From positions 96,722,001-96,786,000 of the forward strand of contig NC_087472.1 in assembly GCF_036321535.1 (NCBI RefSeq): DNA of 64,000 nucleotides, given 5' to 3'. The stretch's first letter is position 1. Every line of letters begins with the position of its first letter. This stretch comes from Camelus dromedarius. Its lineage: Eukaryota. Below the pieces are notes generated by a model that saw nothing but the letters and a program-made list of their open reading frames with translations, was not told where the DNA came from and ran no database searches. This document shows positions 1-11,130 of this stretch, one piece after another. Both the position numbers and the translations under genes were made by a program.

Positions 1-1679
1 AAATAGACCATTGAAGTAGGTAATTGAAAGGAGATCTCTTTTTTATACACATGGCTATCCAACTGTTCTAGCACCATTTGAACTGCTTTGCACCTTTGAT
101 GAAAATCAATTGATCTTCTATGCGTGTGTCTATTTCTGAATTGTCTTTTCTATCCCATTGATTTACGTATCTATCTTTTTGCCGTCACTTCACTGCTGGG
201 ATTACTGTAACTTTTAAAGTCTTGAAATCAGGTAGTGTAAATCGTCTAATTTTGTTCTTCTTCTCCAAAGTTGTTTTAGGCTATTCTACATCCTTTCCCT
301 TGTTTTTGCTTTTTGTTTGTGTGTGTGTGTGTGTGTGAATATATAAGAAATGCTATTGGAAAGCAGTAAGGAAATGAAACCAGAAATGGAAATAAGAACG
401 AGGGGAAAGATGGAGCAACTAAAAAAGAATTGCTGAAACTCTTCTCCTTCATAAATGAACTTGATTAAATACCTGATTGGTCTAAAACTGACTTATTTCT
501 TTCATATTAAGAAATAAATAAACTTAGGAAAGTTATATCAGTTTGCTAAAGACACAATGTCTACATTCAAAGAGCAGAGGAGTTGAGTGAGCTTACAGTG
601 AGAAAATTTCCACTTCTACAGGTTTTATATTAACCATGAATCCAAGTTTTGCCAGAGTTTGTTTTGAAGCTGAAATAAAGGGAAAAGGAACCCTAAACTA
701 TTTTCTCCAAGTTGGGTATGTTCTGATTATTGCAAACCCCTTATAATGTTTAGTGAAAAACTCAAGCTGAATAGTATAATCACATTTTAAAAATAACAAA
801 ATTAAAAAAATATATATTTGTGTGTTTTCATGGAAAAAATGAAGTTTACACAGCAAATTATCAACAGTGATTACACCATGTGAGTGAAAGTTACAGCACA
901 GAGAAGAAAGGCATAAAGGCATATATGCCTTTAAAAAAAACTCTGTGCTATTTCCTTTTTTCAACAGTTACTTTGTAGTTAAAATAACATTTAAGCTATC
1001 ATACAGCACTTTAATGCATTTTGATATACACACAGTACTTTCCAGTCACTGTCTCTAAGGTTTTTATTTGCTCCAGCCTGGGGATAGCAGGGGCCGCCAG
1101 GAACAGTCTCTGGGAAACTTCAGTTCTTAAAAAAGTTCTATTGTATAATCTCAGAGAGGCAACAATTGATGACATTTTATAGGGACAACTATAAGCTTAT
1201 TTTCTAGATAAATCTGGCATGAATTTATCTCTTGAATATAGAATAAATACCTACGTTCACATTTGAAGTCTTTCTATATAAATAAATATTAATGCTTCTG
1301 AAACACCATATTTCACATGAAACCACTAGTTCTTTTGATACATTTCTGAAACTGAGTTAAATTTTTTCTGATATTTCCTGAGAAGAGAGAGAAAAGCAGT
1401 TTCTTTTCCTTCTCTAATATTCGTCAGAGAATAAATGCTGCACATGCTGGATCTGATCAGAAACTGCCAGGCTGTGTGGTCTTCTATCCTGAACATGTGT
1501 CATTATTGATGATTTCATATGGGTCATACTTTTAATGTAAAATATTTCCAGAAAGCTACAGGAAAATAATCTTTGAGGTATGGTTTATAAAAGGCTAAAT
1601 ATGAGAATGTACATTATCTTTTACTCTATTAGAGTCATGTGTAAGGGTCACAGGAGTAAAACTTATGCTGCAGATCCTC

Positions 1680-1815
1680 GCTATTAAAATTGTGGTCAAT
1701 GGATTAGCAGCAGTGGCAGCACCTGGGAGCTGGCTGGAAATGCAGAATCTCAGGCCCCATCCCAGATCTACTGAATCAGAAATTGCATTTTAACAAGATC
1801 CTCAGGTGAGTGCTA
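1680..1815. mobile_element. MER5A DNA transposon (similar copies ~12555-12700, 13560-13720, 22105-22220, 39955-40145, 53635-53745)
   Basis: gcagcacctgggagc...aaatgcagaatctcaggccccatcccagatctactgaatcagaa. Confidence 0.75.
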
Positions 1816-2269
1816 TGTCGTAGACATAATTATGAAGAATTACATGAAACTTAAAAGTATGAGAACTCACAAAAAAGGATTAGTATTTTAAAAGTTCATT
1901 TTCAATACTGTAGCACAGTTTTTCTAAATATGCTATCAGAATCCAAGAAATAATGATAAAATGCCATTAAAACAAAATTGCATCAAATGTTCAGAATTAA
2001 AAAGCCCTGACTAATGGGCCACTTTAATTCATTATTAACAAACCCAAATTTTCATACAAAGAAAACTGATGGGTATTTTCTAGGGCCTTATATAAGTAAT
2101 TCATTTCAAATTTTTTTAGCTATTAAACGCAGACAATTTGAAACATGATGCTTAAAAATTACTACCTGCCTGCTAGGTGGTTGAATGATGAAACAACTTA
2201 GCCTGTATAGTTTGAATGCAATTCGTATACTACATAGATTAACACAAAATGTACATCATGAAACATTAC

Positions 2270-2381
2270 CTCACTTGATGGCTTTAATAAATTTTTTCCG
2301 CTGAAATACTTGTAACCATGGCCTTCAGTATGAAGGAAAATTTTAAACACGATCAAAGGTGGAAATGTTTCACCGCTAAAT
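2270..2381 (-). CDS. CXorf58: CXorf58 coding exon (RFSGETFPPLIVFKIFLHTEGHGYKYFSGKNLLKPSSE), 112 nt; gene continues beyond window start
   Basis: ctatttcag| acceptor, |gtaatg donor, phase 2-0; RFxGETFPPxIVFKIF segment recognised from human CXorf58. Confidence 0.9.
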
Positions 2382-2799
2382 CTGAAATAGAGACCAAAAA
2401 TTAGTTATTTGGCACCAGGCTTGGGGCTCAGTTACTTCTTCCCCTTGTACTTAAGATCGTTCACATAGTTTCTTGCATGCAGGGTAAAGGCTATGCCAGA
2501 GCATAGAAAGAACTAGTAATGAAACGGATCACAGAGGATAAAAGAGCCACACTTTGGCATGTGTGCTCACAACTATTCTCATATATGTGTCAGACATACT
2601 ATGGGAGATGAGAGCCACTCTCAAGGCAACTTTTGGCCCAAGAGTCATGCCTCAGCTTCTTCACATAATAATTGTAAATAAGAGTAACACATTCAGTTTG
2701 TAATTATACCCTGAAAAGTTATGAGGACTTAAAATAAATTTCTAACATTTCTTCAAATTAACCAGTACTTCTTGAAATAAATCAGCATAAAAACATTAC

Positions 2800-2894
2800 C
2801 TCACTCTAACTTTACACTTCATGCAAGGATCTTTAACAAGCTCAGCCTCTAAGGGGCTTACTTTCTTCAGAATTTCATGTGTCACGTGATATTC
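2800..2894 (-). CDS. CXorf58: CXorf58 coding exon (EYHVTHEILKKVSPLEAELVKDPCMKCKVRV), 95 nt
   Basis: ctatttcag| acceptor, |gtaatg donor, phase 0-2, open frame. Confidence 0.9.
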
Positions 2895-2964
2895 CTGAAA
2901 TAGATGATGGTGCTATAAATGGAAAGTGGTACCCTACTCAGACACAATTTATTGAAAATAACAG

Positions 2965-3595
2965 AGCGGGCATGGTAAAGTGAAAAGTATACTGAACTTC
3001 AAGTTCTGAAGATCTGAGTTCTAGTCTTGGCTCCCCTACTTATCATCTATGTAGCCTTGAGTTAATTACTTCATCATTTTGGCCTTCATGTTTGCATATG
3101 TGTCCCTCCTTGAGATCCCAGGCACTGTTCTTTCCCTATGACAACACTTTTCACAATGTGTTGTAACTACCGATAAATACATGTTTCTTGCTAGACTGTA
3201 AGCTTCATGAAGGTAGGGGCTATCTCTTTCTTCTTTACCATTGTATTCCTAGCACCTAGTACAGTGCCTGGAACACAGCAGGTGCTTGGAAAGTATCTGA
3301 TGTTGACTGAATCACTGTAAAATGAGGATGATAATAGAAATGTTACTAAATTTTAAGTACCTCTTATATACCACACACTACGTTGGGTGCCTTATATACA
3401 TAACGTCATTTAATCCTTACAACTCAGCAATATTATTTGAATATTATCATTCCCATTTTACAAATGAGTAAGCTGAGGCTCTGGGAGTGTCTGTAACTTA
3501 ACCAAAGGCACAGAGGTGGTAAACAGAGATGTCAGGATTCAAACTTAGGTCTGTTTGATTCTAAAGCCCCCACGTTCTCCCTATACAACACTGCT
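2965..3595. mobile_element. MIR/L2 cluster (many further MIR/L2 remnants across the window, e.g. 6300-6880, 21120-21640, 28240-29350)
   Basis: L2 3' end ctagactgtaagcttcatgaaggtaggg...cctagcacctagtacagtgcctgg; MIR cccattttacaaatgagtaagctgaggct. Confidence 0.7.
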
Positions 3596-3977
3596 CAACC
3601 TTTATGCCTGTGACAATCACATAAAAATGTACACCAAAGGGCTTTTAAAATGACAAAGCATTATTAATGTAAGGTAGTAACTTGAAGAGCTAGGGTAACA
3701 GATAAAAAAAGAATTTCCTTCTTTTTTTTACTAAAAGAGTCTAAAATTATGACAAACCAGCCTTATGATAATTAAATATAAGTTCCATATATGAAGATAA
3801 GAGAATGGACCTGAAATGTCACGAGTTTACCTAGGTGGGTTTTCTCTGAGGTATTTTGCTTTTACTGACATCAGAAATGGGTCTGTGGGTCAGATGGTGA
3901 AGTGTACACATTGCTGAGAGCTCACAATTTTTTTCAGAGCTGCTAAAATTCTCTTAATGTGACTATTACTATTTATA

Positions 3978-4306
3978 GACTGCTGTAATCACCGGTGAGT
4001 TTATTAGGAGAATATTTGGTACTATATGAAAGAAGGCTTAATACTCTGCCAGGGTCGCCAGAGTTTTTTCTTTGGGGAGTGGGGGGATATGCACCTGTTT
4101 GTTTTTGCTCAAATAGAACTACATTGTTCATAATGTTCTGCTGACTGCTGTAATCACCGGTGAGTTTATTAGGAGAATATTTGATACTCTATTCGAAAGA
4201 AGGCTTAATACTCTGCTAGGCTCGCCAGAGTTCTTTCTTTGGGGAGTGGGGGGATATGCACCTGTTTGTTTTTACTCAAATAGAACTATTGTTCATAATG
4301 TTCTGC
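3978..4306. repeat. Tandem duplication, two ~164-bp copies (3978-4141, 4143-4306)
   Basis: both copies run gactgctgtaatcaccggtgag...ttgttcataatgttctgc with a handful of substitutions/indels. Confidence 0.95.
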
Positions 4307-4840
4307 ACTTGCCGTTCTCACTAATGAGACATTTTAGCTACCTTTCTGTTGCTAAATCATATGCAAGGCTGCAAGATTTAAAGGTATGAAAGCACCAACA
4401 TTTATTTAACCAGTATCCTACTGATGGATTTATATGGTTTACAATCTTTGCTCTTAGAAACAACAGTGCAATGAAATTGTACATATATTGTAGAATGGAT
4501 TTCTAGAATTGAAATTGCTGAGTGGAAGGCAAAGGCACTTTTAATTCAGAGATTTTTTTATTGTTGAAAGATCATTGTCTCAAATCTTCAAATAAGAAAT
4601 CGAATTTTAAAAATCATATTGGTTCCAGAAAAAGGAAATAATAGTTACCCATGTTAAAGATAAATCCAGAAATATTCATTTAGGGTTAACCAAAGAAAAA
4701 AATCCCACAACCCCATGCAATATTATTAGATTCAAATAGAAGAGATTTTAAAAGGTTATATATTCTACCTTTACTTAAGACACCTTTTAGCTTGGTAAGT
4801 AATTAAACCTATCAGATCAAATGAAAAGCAAAATACATAC

Positions 4841-4937
4841 CGCCGCACAAACTGTGTACTTAAGGAGTTGAAACACTGTTTTGTCCAGATGAGATAACCA
4901 AGCTCTCTGTATCCTGTGGGCTGAAATCTCTTTATTT
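4841..4937 (-). CDS. CXorf58: CXorf58 coding exon (NKEISAHRIQRAWLSHLDKTVFQLLKYTVCAA), 97 nt
   Basis: ttcctctcag| acceptor, |gtatgt donor; resembles human CXorf58 ISAQIIQRAWLSH...LLKHAICAA (recalled). Confidence 0.88.
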
Positions 4938-5971
4938 CTGAGAGGAAGAAAAAAAAAGTTAAGATTTGTGAAGCAGTTTTCATTTTCTTAAAGTCTCGGG
5001 GGAACTCTGCATTTATGCTTCCTCCTCCTGTGCCTCCTCATCCCCCACCCTAAGACTGACCTAATGAGGAACATTTGGATGTGGTAATTAGAACTGGTCA
5101 TCTGCAGAATCCAGTCAGAATGAGGATATGAAATACTTGAGAATATTTCCCTTGAGATTAAAAAAAGTCTTGGCCGAAACTTTATCCTTGAAAGGCATAT
5201 ATATACATATATTTTTATAAAATTAAAAAGTGTGAGGAGACAAACATGCTTCCTAAAAACGTCCATGACCTAAAATGATTCCATTATAGTTAGTTCTTTA
5301 AAATGCTGCCCAACTAGTTCAAGTGCTATGAAAATAGAATGTGGAATAGTTGAAGTTACAGTAGGCCCAATTCTCTTCCAGGAGCTGATGACCATGCCCT
5401 AGAAAAAGAAACTCCCTTCTCTGATCTTTCTTTGAACCAGGCTCATCCCAGTCAGGTCAGAGCATTCTTCTACTTCTGATCACATCCCACTCACTCTCCA
5501 GGAACCACCCCACCAACCCTGTCATTACTCCTCACAGGGCTACAGACAAAGAGAGGTAGATACTCCTGCATAATGCCACCATTGGCTGGCAAAATGCAGA
5601 CTGTAAGATGTAGAGTAGAAAAGTCCTGAAATATAGAAACAAACCCTTGAATACTAGCTGATGCCATTTACTAGCTGTTTAACCTGCAAATCACTTACTT
5701 TCTCTTGGATGCTGCTTCCTCACTTACAAAATGTAATAATAAGACAGGTTGTGTCAGGATCAAAGAGATGTGTGTTAACATGCTTTGTCAATTATGAAAT
5801 ACTGTAATTATAATAATTATTATTCAATTCAAAAGTAATTTTAAAACACACAAAACCCCTCTAATTTACCTTGTTTGGTAAATTGGTAAGTGTTTGATAT
5901 TAGCTGGGCAAATACCACACCAAAACTGTCCAGTTCAGGAAAATGACACAAGGCAAAAGGTGGTTAGTTAC

Positions 5972-6087
5972 TGTTGTTCTCCCTTTGTCTTTACAGTATT
6001 TGACAAATATACTTTGTCACCTTTTTTCAAGCACGGATTATCTGATTTTGGAACACCAGTAACTGATGTCTTCAGAGAATGACTCAT
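5972..6087 (-). CDS. CXorf58: CXorf58 homolog, first coding exon (MSHSLKTSVTGVPKSDNPCLKKGDKVYLSNTVKTKGEQ), 116 nt; exon extends to acceptor at 6107
   Basis: minus strand ctttcag| acceptor, aaaATG at 6087, donor ca|gtaact; phase 2 fits the next exon; N-terminus poorly conserved so less certain. Confidence 0.7.
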
Positions 6088-7119
6088 TTTCCTTACAATG
6101 AAGTACTCTGAAAGTACATAAATTAAACATTTGAGGTCTTAATCTTTATTATTACACTGTTTGGATGAGACTCAAGTGCTATATGATTGTTGCACTAATT
6201 GTTGCACCAGAACCCCTTAAAAAGGAAGGTTTCATGGATCTCTTAATGTTGCGTATATTTTTTGTGTACTAAAAGTATGCGGTATATTGGAAGACAAGTG
6301 GATCTGCCCTTAGCCTTCTAACTGGTCTTCCTGTCTCCAGTCTCTTCATCCTCTACACTGCAGCTGGAGTTAACTTTTTAGAGCAATAATCCAACTTTAT
6401 CACTCTTCAACTTAAAATCTTTCAGGGACACCTTATTTCCTCCAAGCTAAAGTCCAGACTCCTTAGAATTGCATTCAAGTCTTTTCACAATCTAGTTCCA
6501 TTCTTTCAAATCTCAAAATATCAACTTTCTACTAAGATTCCTCTCTATATGGTAAGAACAAGAACTTGCCAAAATCAATGTTTTACAACTCTGTGTTGCT
6601 GATCATACCATTTCCTTTAGCTGGACTGACTTCCCTACCACCAGCAAACATCAATTCATCCTTCAAAATCCCAGCTAATTCATGCCTTTTCTCTGAAGTT
6701 TTCCACCTTTTCCTTTTTACAGAACTACTCACTACTGTCTCCAAGTCCTGTAATACTGTACATGTTTTTCTTTTATAGTACTTCTCATATTGCATCATAA
6801 TTTGTTTTCTTGGCTGTCACCCCAACACACTTGTTGAAGGCAGGAGGCATCGTGCTAATATGGAATCCCTAATGCCTAACAGAGAGGAGGGTTTTTTATA
6901 TGCTTTTCACCCGTTTTACCATGGAATAGCTGTGAGATTTTGGGCAAGTCCCTTAACCTCTCAGTAGCTCAGTTCCCTTCCTGGTAAAGTGAGAGGATGT
7001 GTACTGAGTGATCTGATTCCACCTCTGATTTTCCACCCTTTGACACATTATTCCAATTTGGATACTGCTCCCAAATTCTTAGCCTCTGCTTAGTGTTTTG
7101 TACTAAACCAGGGCCTCCT

Positions 7120-7545
7120 TATTTATTTATTTTTTTAGTGCCATGGACCCCTGTGGACAGATTCCTTCTAAGAACTATTTTTTTAATGCATAACATAAAA
7201 TATACAGGATTGCAGAAGACTCCAATTATATTGAAATCATTGTCAAAATATTTTCAAAAACAAAATTACAGAAATGTGTCTTCTTTATGCATTAAATAAA
7301 ATGAGAGCTCTAATAACTATTGTCTCATGAAGTGGTAATGAGCAGAAATATTTCAAGAAATCTGCCATGACTGTAGCATGATATGAAAATATCTGTGCTT
7401 TCTACTGATGACAAAGTCACAAGTACTGCTGATACTACTGTGGTTTGTTACCTACACTATAATTGAGAGAAATGCTAAAGTTCAGTTAGAGGTTAGTGAA
7501 AATAAAGTTGCTATTTTTCCCCAAGTTCTTGTACCCCCTGAATTA
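7120..7545. mobile_element. Charlie (hAT) DNA transposon remnant
   Basis: ccatggacccctg...tgacaaagtcacaagtactgctgatactactg...gtaccccctg. Confidence 0.55.
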
Positions 7546-7611
7546 AAAATTTCTGCCCTAATTTATCATTTATAAATCACACTTTTATATAATATGACAT
7601 TCCAGTACTGA

Positions 7612-7980
7612 TGTAGAACCTTCAGAGTTCCCTCAATATTCCTCCTTAGGGATGCGGATGGGGATAGCTTGGAATATACAATTCTCTTGAGAAGGAGAAA
7701 ATCAGCCCTTAACATCTGGGAGCTGGCCTGGCACTCACAGCTGGGCTATGGTGTTAACCCTGGCTTACACCACCCAGCCCAGAGCAAAGCCCAGCTTCCT
7801 TGAACTTGTGCCAAATCACCCAACCAAAACCCAAACCCTACAACAAATCTTTCTAACACCCTCTTACTGAGATGCCCCACTGTTTCCCAAGGTGTGCATT
7901 TTCCTGGCAAGAATAATAAATAAAACCAACTTGTTCAACTACAGATGTGGTCTTTGGCTGGAGAGCAGTGACACAGCACC
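7612..7980 (+). mobile_element. Probable old ERV LTR between the CpG island and the CXorf58 first coding exon
   Basis: TGtagaacc start, aataataaataaaaccaacttgttcaac poly(A) region typical of ERVL-type LTRs; family not determined. Confidence 0.5.
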
Positions 7981-8539
7981 ACTCAAACCCCCAAAATCTT
8001 CTGGATGCCCACCTGAATGGGTTTATACTTTCTATGGGGTTAGAAGGGGAAATACAGAATGAAATTTTAAACATACCTCCCATTATGGGACACTATAACA
8101 GTTCCCTAGGTGAGATCATAGAGTTTAAAGGCAGACTACCTAGGTTTGGATCCCGGCTTCCCAATTTCCTCCCGTGTGACCTTGTACATATTACCTCTTT
8201 GTGCCTCAGTTTCCTCATCTATTAGATGGGGGAATAATAATCGTGTCCACCTACTTGGGATGTCGGAAAGAGTGAGGAGAATATGTGTAAGGAATTTCGA
8301 TCATAGCTGGGCCTATAGTAAAAGCTGTTGGTGCTTGTTATTCTTGTTAATAATTATTGTCATATTAAGGGACAAACATCTGATTCCCTGTGAGGGATAG
8401 ACGCTTAAGAATTTTACAGAGAAAAAAAAGAGTCTTTCGAGGCTAAAGGAAGTAGCAAATTAGTTTAAATTTAAAATATTAGAAATGTCCAGCCCAGGGT
8501 AAAAAAAAAATTTGAAAACCTTTTGTGAGGTAAATCCAG

Positions 8540-9260
8540 GCCCCGAGGTCGGCGGCTTCCGGCTGCAAGGCTTTCGAGGCCGCCTGAGGCCTGCTGAGCG
8601 CCCCCGCCCGGCGGCCTCCGCACATAGGATTCCCAGCCTACGCCGCTGGGCGCCCAATCGCGGCGGTGACGGAAGATTCCCAGCGCCGCGCGGCTCCCGG
8701 CCCCTCCCTCCTTGCGCCCCCGCGTGCCGCCCACACTGAGCGGGCGCTTTCCTGCCGCCTAGCAACAGCCGGCGCAGGGGCGGAGCCTCCGGAAGGCGGG
8801 GCTTGAGTTCGCTTGCCGCCCGAGGCGCGACGCGCGGCAGCTCAACGACACCGCTTCCAGCCCAGGCTTCCGAGCTAAGCCTTCGCGGAATCAAATTGGC
8901 TGTACAGCCGTCATCCGCACCGCGGCCCACTTGCGGTCGGAGGAATTCGACCCTACCCGGCCGCCGTAGCTACCTCTCCCTAGTGGGCGGGGCCAAGGTC
9001 CGGGTGACCCCGCCGGAGCCGCCGCTGCCAGCGACATGTTCAAGGTGAGAGCGTGGAGCAGGGTCACAGCTGTCGCCGCCCCCTCCCGGCCGCCCGGAGC
9101 CCTCCCCGCGCTCTCGTGGGCCTTTCCGGGGACCGGGCCCCGCTCGCCCCGAGGCTTTTCCCGCCTCCGGGCCGGCTGCGTCTCGGCCCCGCGGTTCATT
9201 CACCGGTCCCCTTGGAGCGAGCGGCTGCCGGGCGGAGGCGTGAGACTGGGGGTGGGTGGG
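8540..9260. promoter_or_regulatory. CpG island / bidirectional promoter shared by APOO and CXorf58
   Basis: abrupt GC- and CpG-rich block in an AT-rich window; contains APOO ATG, GC box (~8985-8992), CCAAT (8654), ETS CGGAAG sites (8556, 8670, 8789). Confidence 0.9.
9036..9044 (+). CDS. APOO: APOO/MIC26 coding exon 1 (MFK)
   Basis: gcgacATGTTCAAG|gtgaga inside the CpG island; joins in frame to exon 2 to give [17 protein letters not shown], the recognisable APOO N-terminus. Confidence 0.95.
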
Positions 9261-10279
9261 TGGGGCCGTTTGGGTCTTGCTCTCATGAATAAAACGCTTT
9301 AAAAAGCTAAAGTACCTCACAAAGCATCCACCCTTCGGCACGTGCCCTCTTGAATCCGTGGGTAGGGTGAGGCCAGCTCAGGACACTAAGGGGTCCAGCT
9401 TTGGTTTGGCGAGGTCAGGTTTCAGAACCTGGTGTATGAATGGGGGAGGGTCACCTTCGGAGAAGCTGCTGCAGGATGTCGGGGAGGCTGGCATGGAAAT
9501 GGCTGGGTGAGAGGGGGAAGCTGAAACTTCTCTCCCCTCCCCAATGAACATTATGTAGATAGACCCCCTTCTGAACATTTTATGAATTATTGTCTTTTGA
9601 AAGAAATCTACTTTTATAGTGAAGACTTTCGAAAATCTGCATTTGAACATGAAGCTATTCTACTACTTAAAAAAAAGTAAATGTTTTTCTATCATGAAAA
9701 ACAAATCACTAGCTACCAGAAATGAGTCTCTAAGAAGCATTGCACCCATTAAATAGTGCTAGGGAAATCTCACAATTGTACTACTCATTTAAAAGTTCTT
9801 TTGCGCTTCTGCAATGTGCTCTGGGTGCATTAGGACAGGCTATAAAATCAGAACATGGATTTGGCCTTCCAGTCCTGGCATTGCCACTTTCTAGCTATAT
9901 GACCTTGGGCACGTCACTTAACCTTTCTGTGCCTGTTTTCCTATTAGTGAAATTGAGGGAATAGCATCTACCTTGTAGGTTTATTATAAGGGATAAATAA
10001 GTTACTATGTGTAAAACACTTGGAAAAGGCCCTGGCACATGGAATTGACATCTAAGTATTTGCTTTTATTTTTGTTTTCAGACAGCTCACAGTTTAATTA
10101 AGAAATCAGATCCCATAAGCAACTTGGGTTCACTTGATAAATTTGTGTTGAACACCTATTATGTGCTAGGAGCTCAACTCAGTTTTAGGGTTGCAACAAC
10201 AAAGGTTATGCTGTGATCAGTTTATGACTATCAACAATGTACTGTGATAGTTAAAAGGAGAGCAGGATCTCCTGTCTTA

Positions 10280-11130
10280 CCAGGGATTCTTAACCTGTGG
10301 TTCTATGCCTTCAGAGGGTCTGTGGATAGAATTCAGGGAGTTCTTGAACTCTAATGGGAGAAAAAATAATCTTTTTTACCAATCATTTCCTTCAGTTATG
10401 AATGTAGATAACTGTTTCAGTTATGTATTTCCAAATAACGACCTTAAAACAACAATTTATTATTTCTCACCGTCTATAGATTGGCTGGGCAGTTCTGCTG
10501 GCATCCCCCAATGATTGAATTCAGCTAGTGGCTAGACTCCAAGGTTGCCTTATTCCCCTGTCTGTGGGCCTGAAGCCCCTCAGTGTTGCTATCTTGGGCT
10601 TCCTCACATTGTTACTGGGTTCCAAGAGGGCTAGTCCCCATGTGTGAACAGCCGCTTGCATCACATTTGCTGATGTCAAAACAAGTTACGTGGCCAAGCC
10701 TAGAGTCAATATGGTGGGCACCTGCACAAGAGCATGGATATAAAGACATGTGGTTCGTTGGGAATGATTAATAAGCTACTACAGCAACAAAGTATACTAG
10801 TATTAGCAGTACCTGTCACCAATAGAAGTCAACAGGACTCATGAATGTCAGACATTTTCATATCACATTACAGTTGTTGCAGATCTCAAAATAACATGCT
10901 CATCACTGCTTCAAAATTATAAGATTCACTATTATATCTTTTTATTTAATGAGCAAATAAAGAAGCACATATTACTATATCAGTTTTGGGGTTTTAAAAA
11001 TATTTTTGTAAGTATATTGCCATATAATTGGCATCTTATGCAGTTAGAAGCATCATTTTGAGAAAGGGTCTGTAGAGCTTATCAGACTGTCAAAGAGGTC
11101 TATGGCACAAAAAAGGCAAGGAACCCCTGT
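10280..11130. mobile_element. Charlie (hAT) DNA transposon remnant with nested MLT1 LTR (~10413-10782)
   Basis: cagggattcttaacctg...gcaaggaacccctg terminal repeats; internal part similar in opposite orientation to 7120-7545. Confidence 0.6.

Noticed and set aside
1..2260. Further CXorf58 exons
   Set aside because: No minus-strand segment with both splice sites and the expected continuation; the next exons probably lie outside the window
8460..9341. Overlapping 75-156 aa ORFs in the CpG island
   Set aside because: Expected from stop-codon scarcity at high GC; Arg/Pro/Gly/Ala-rich with no recognisable domain
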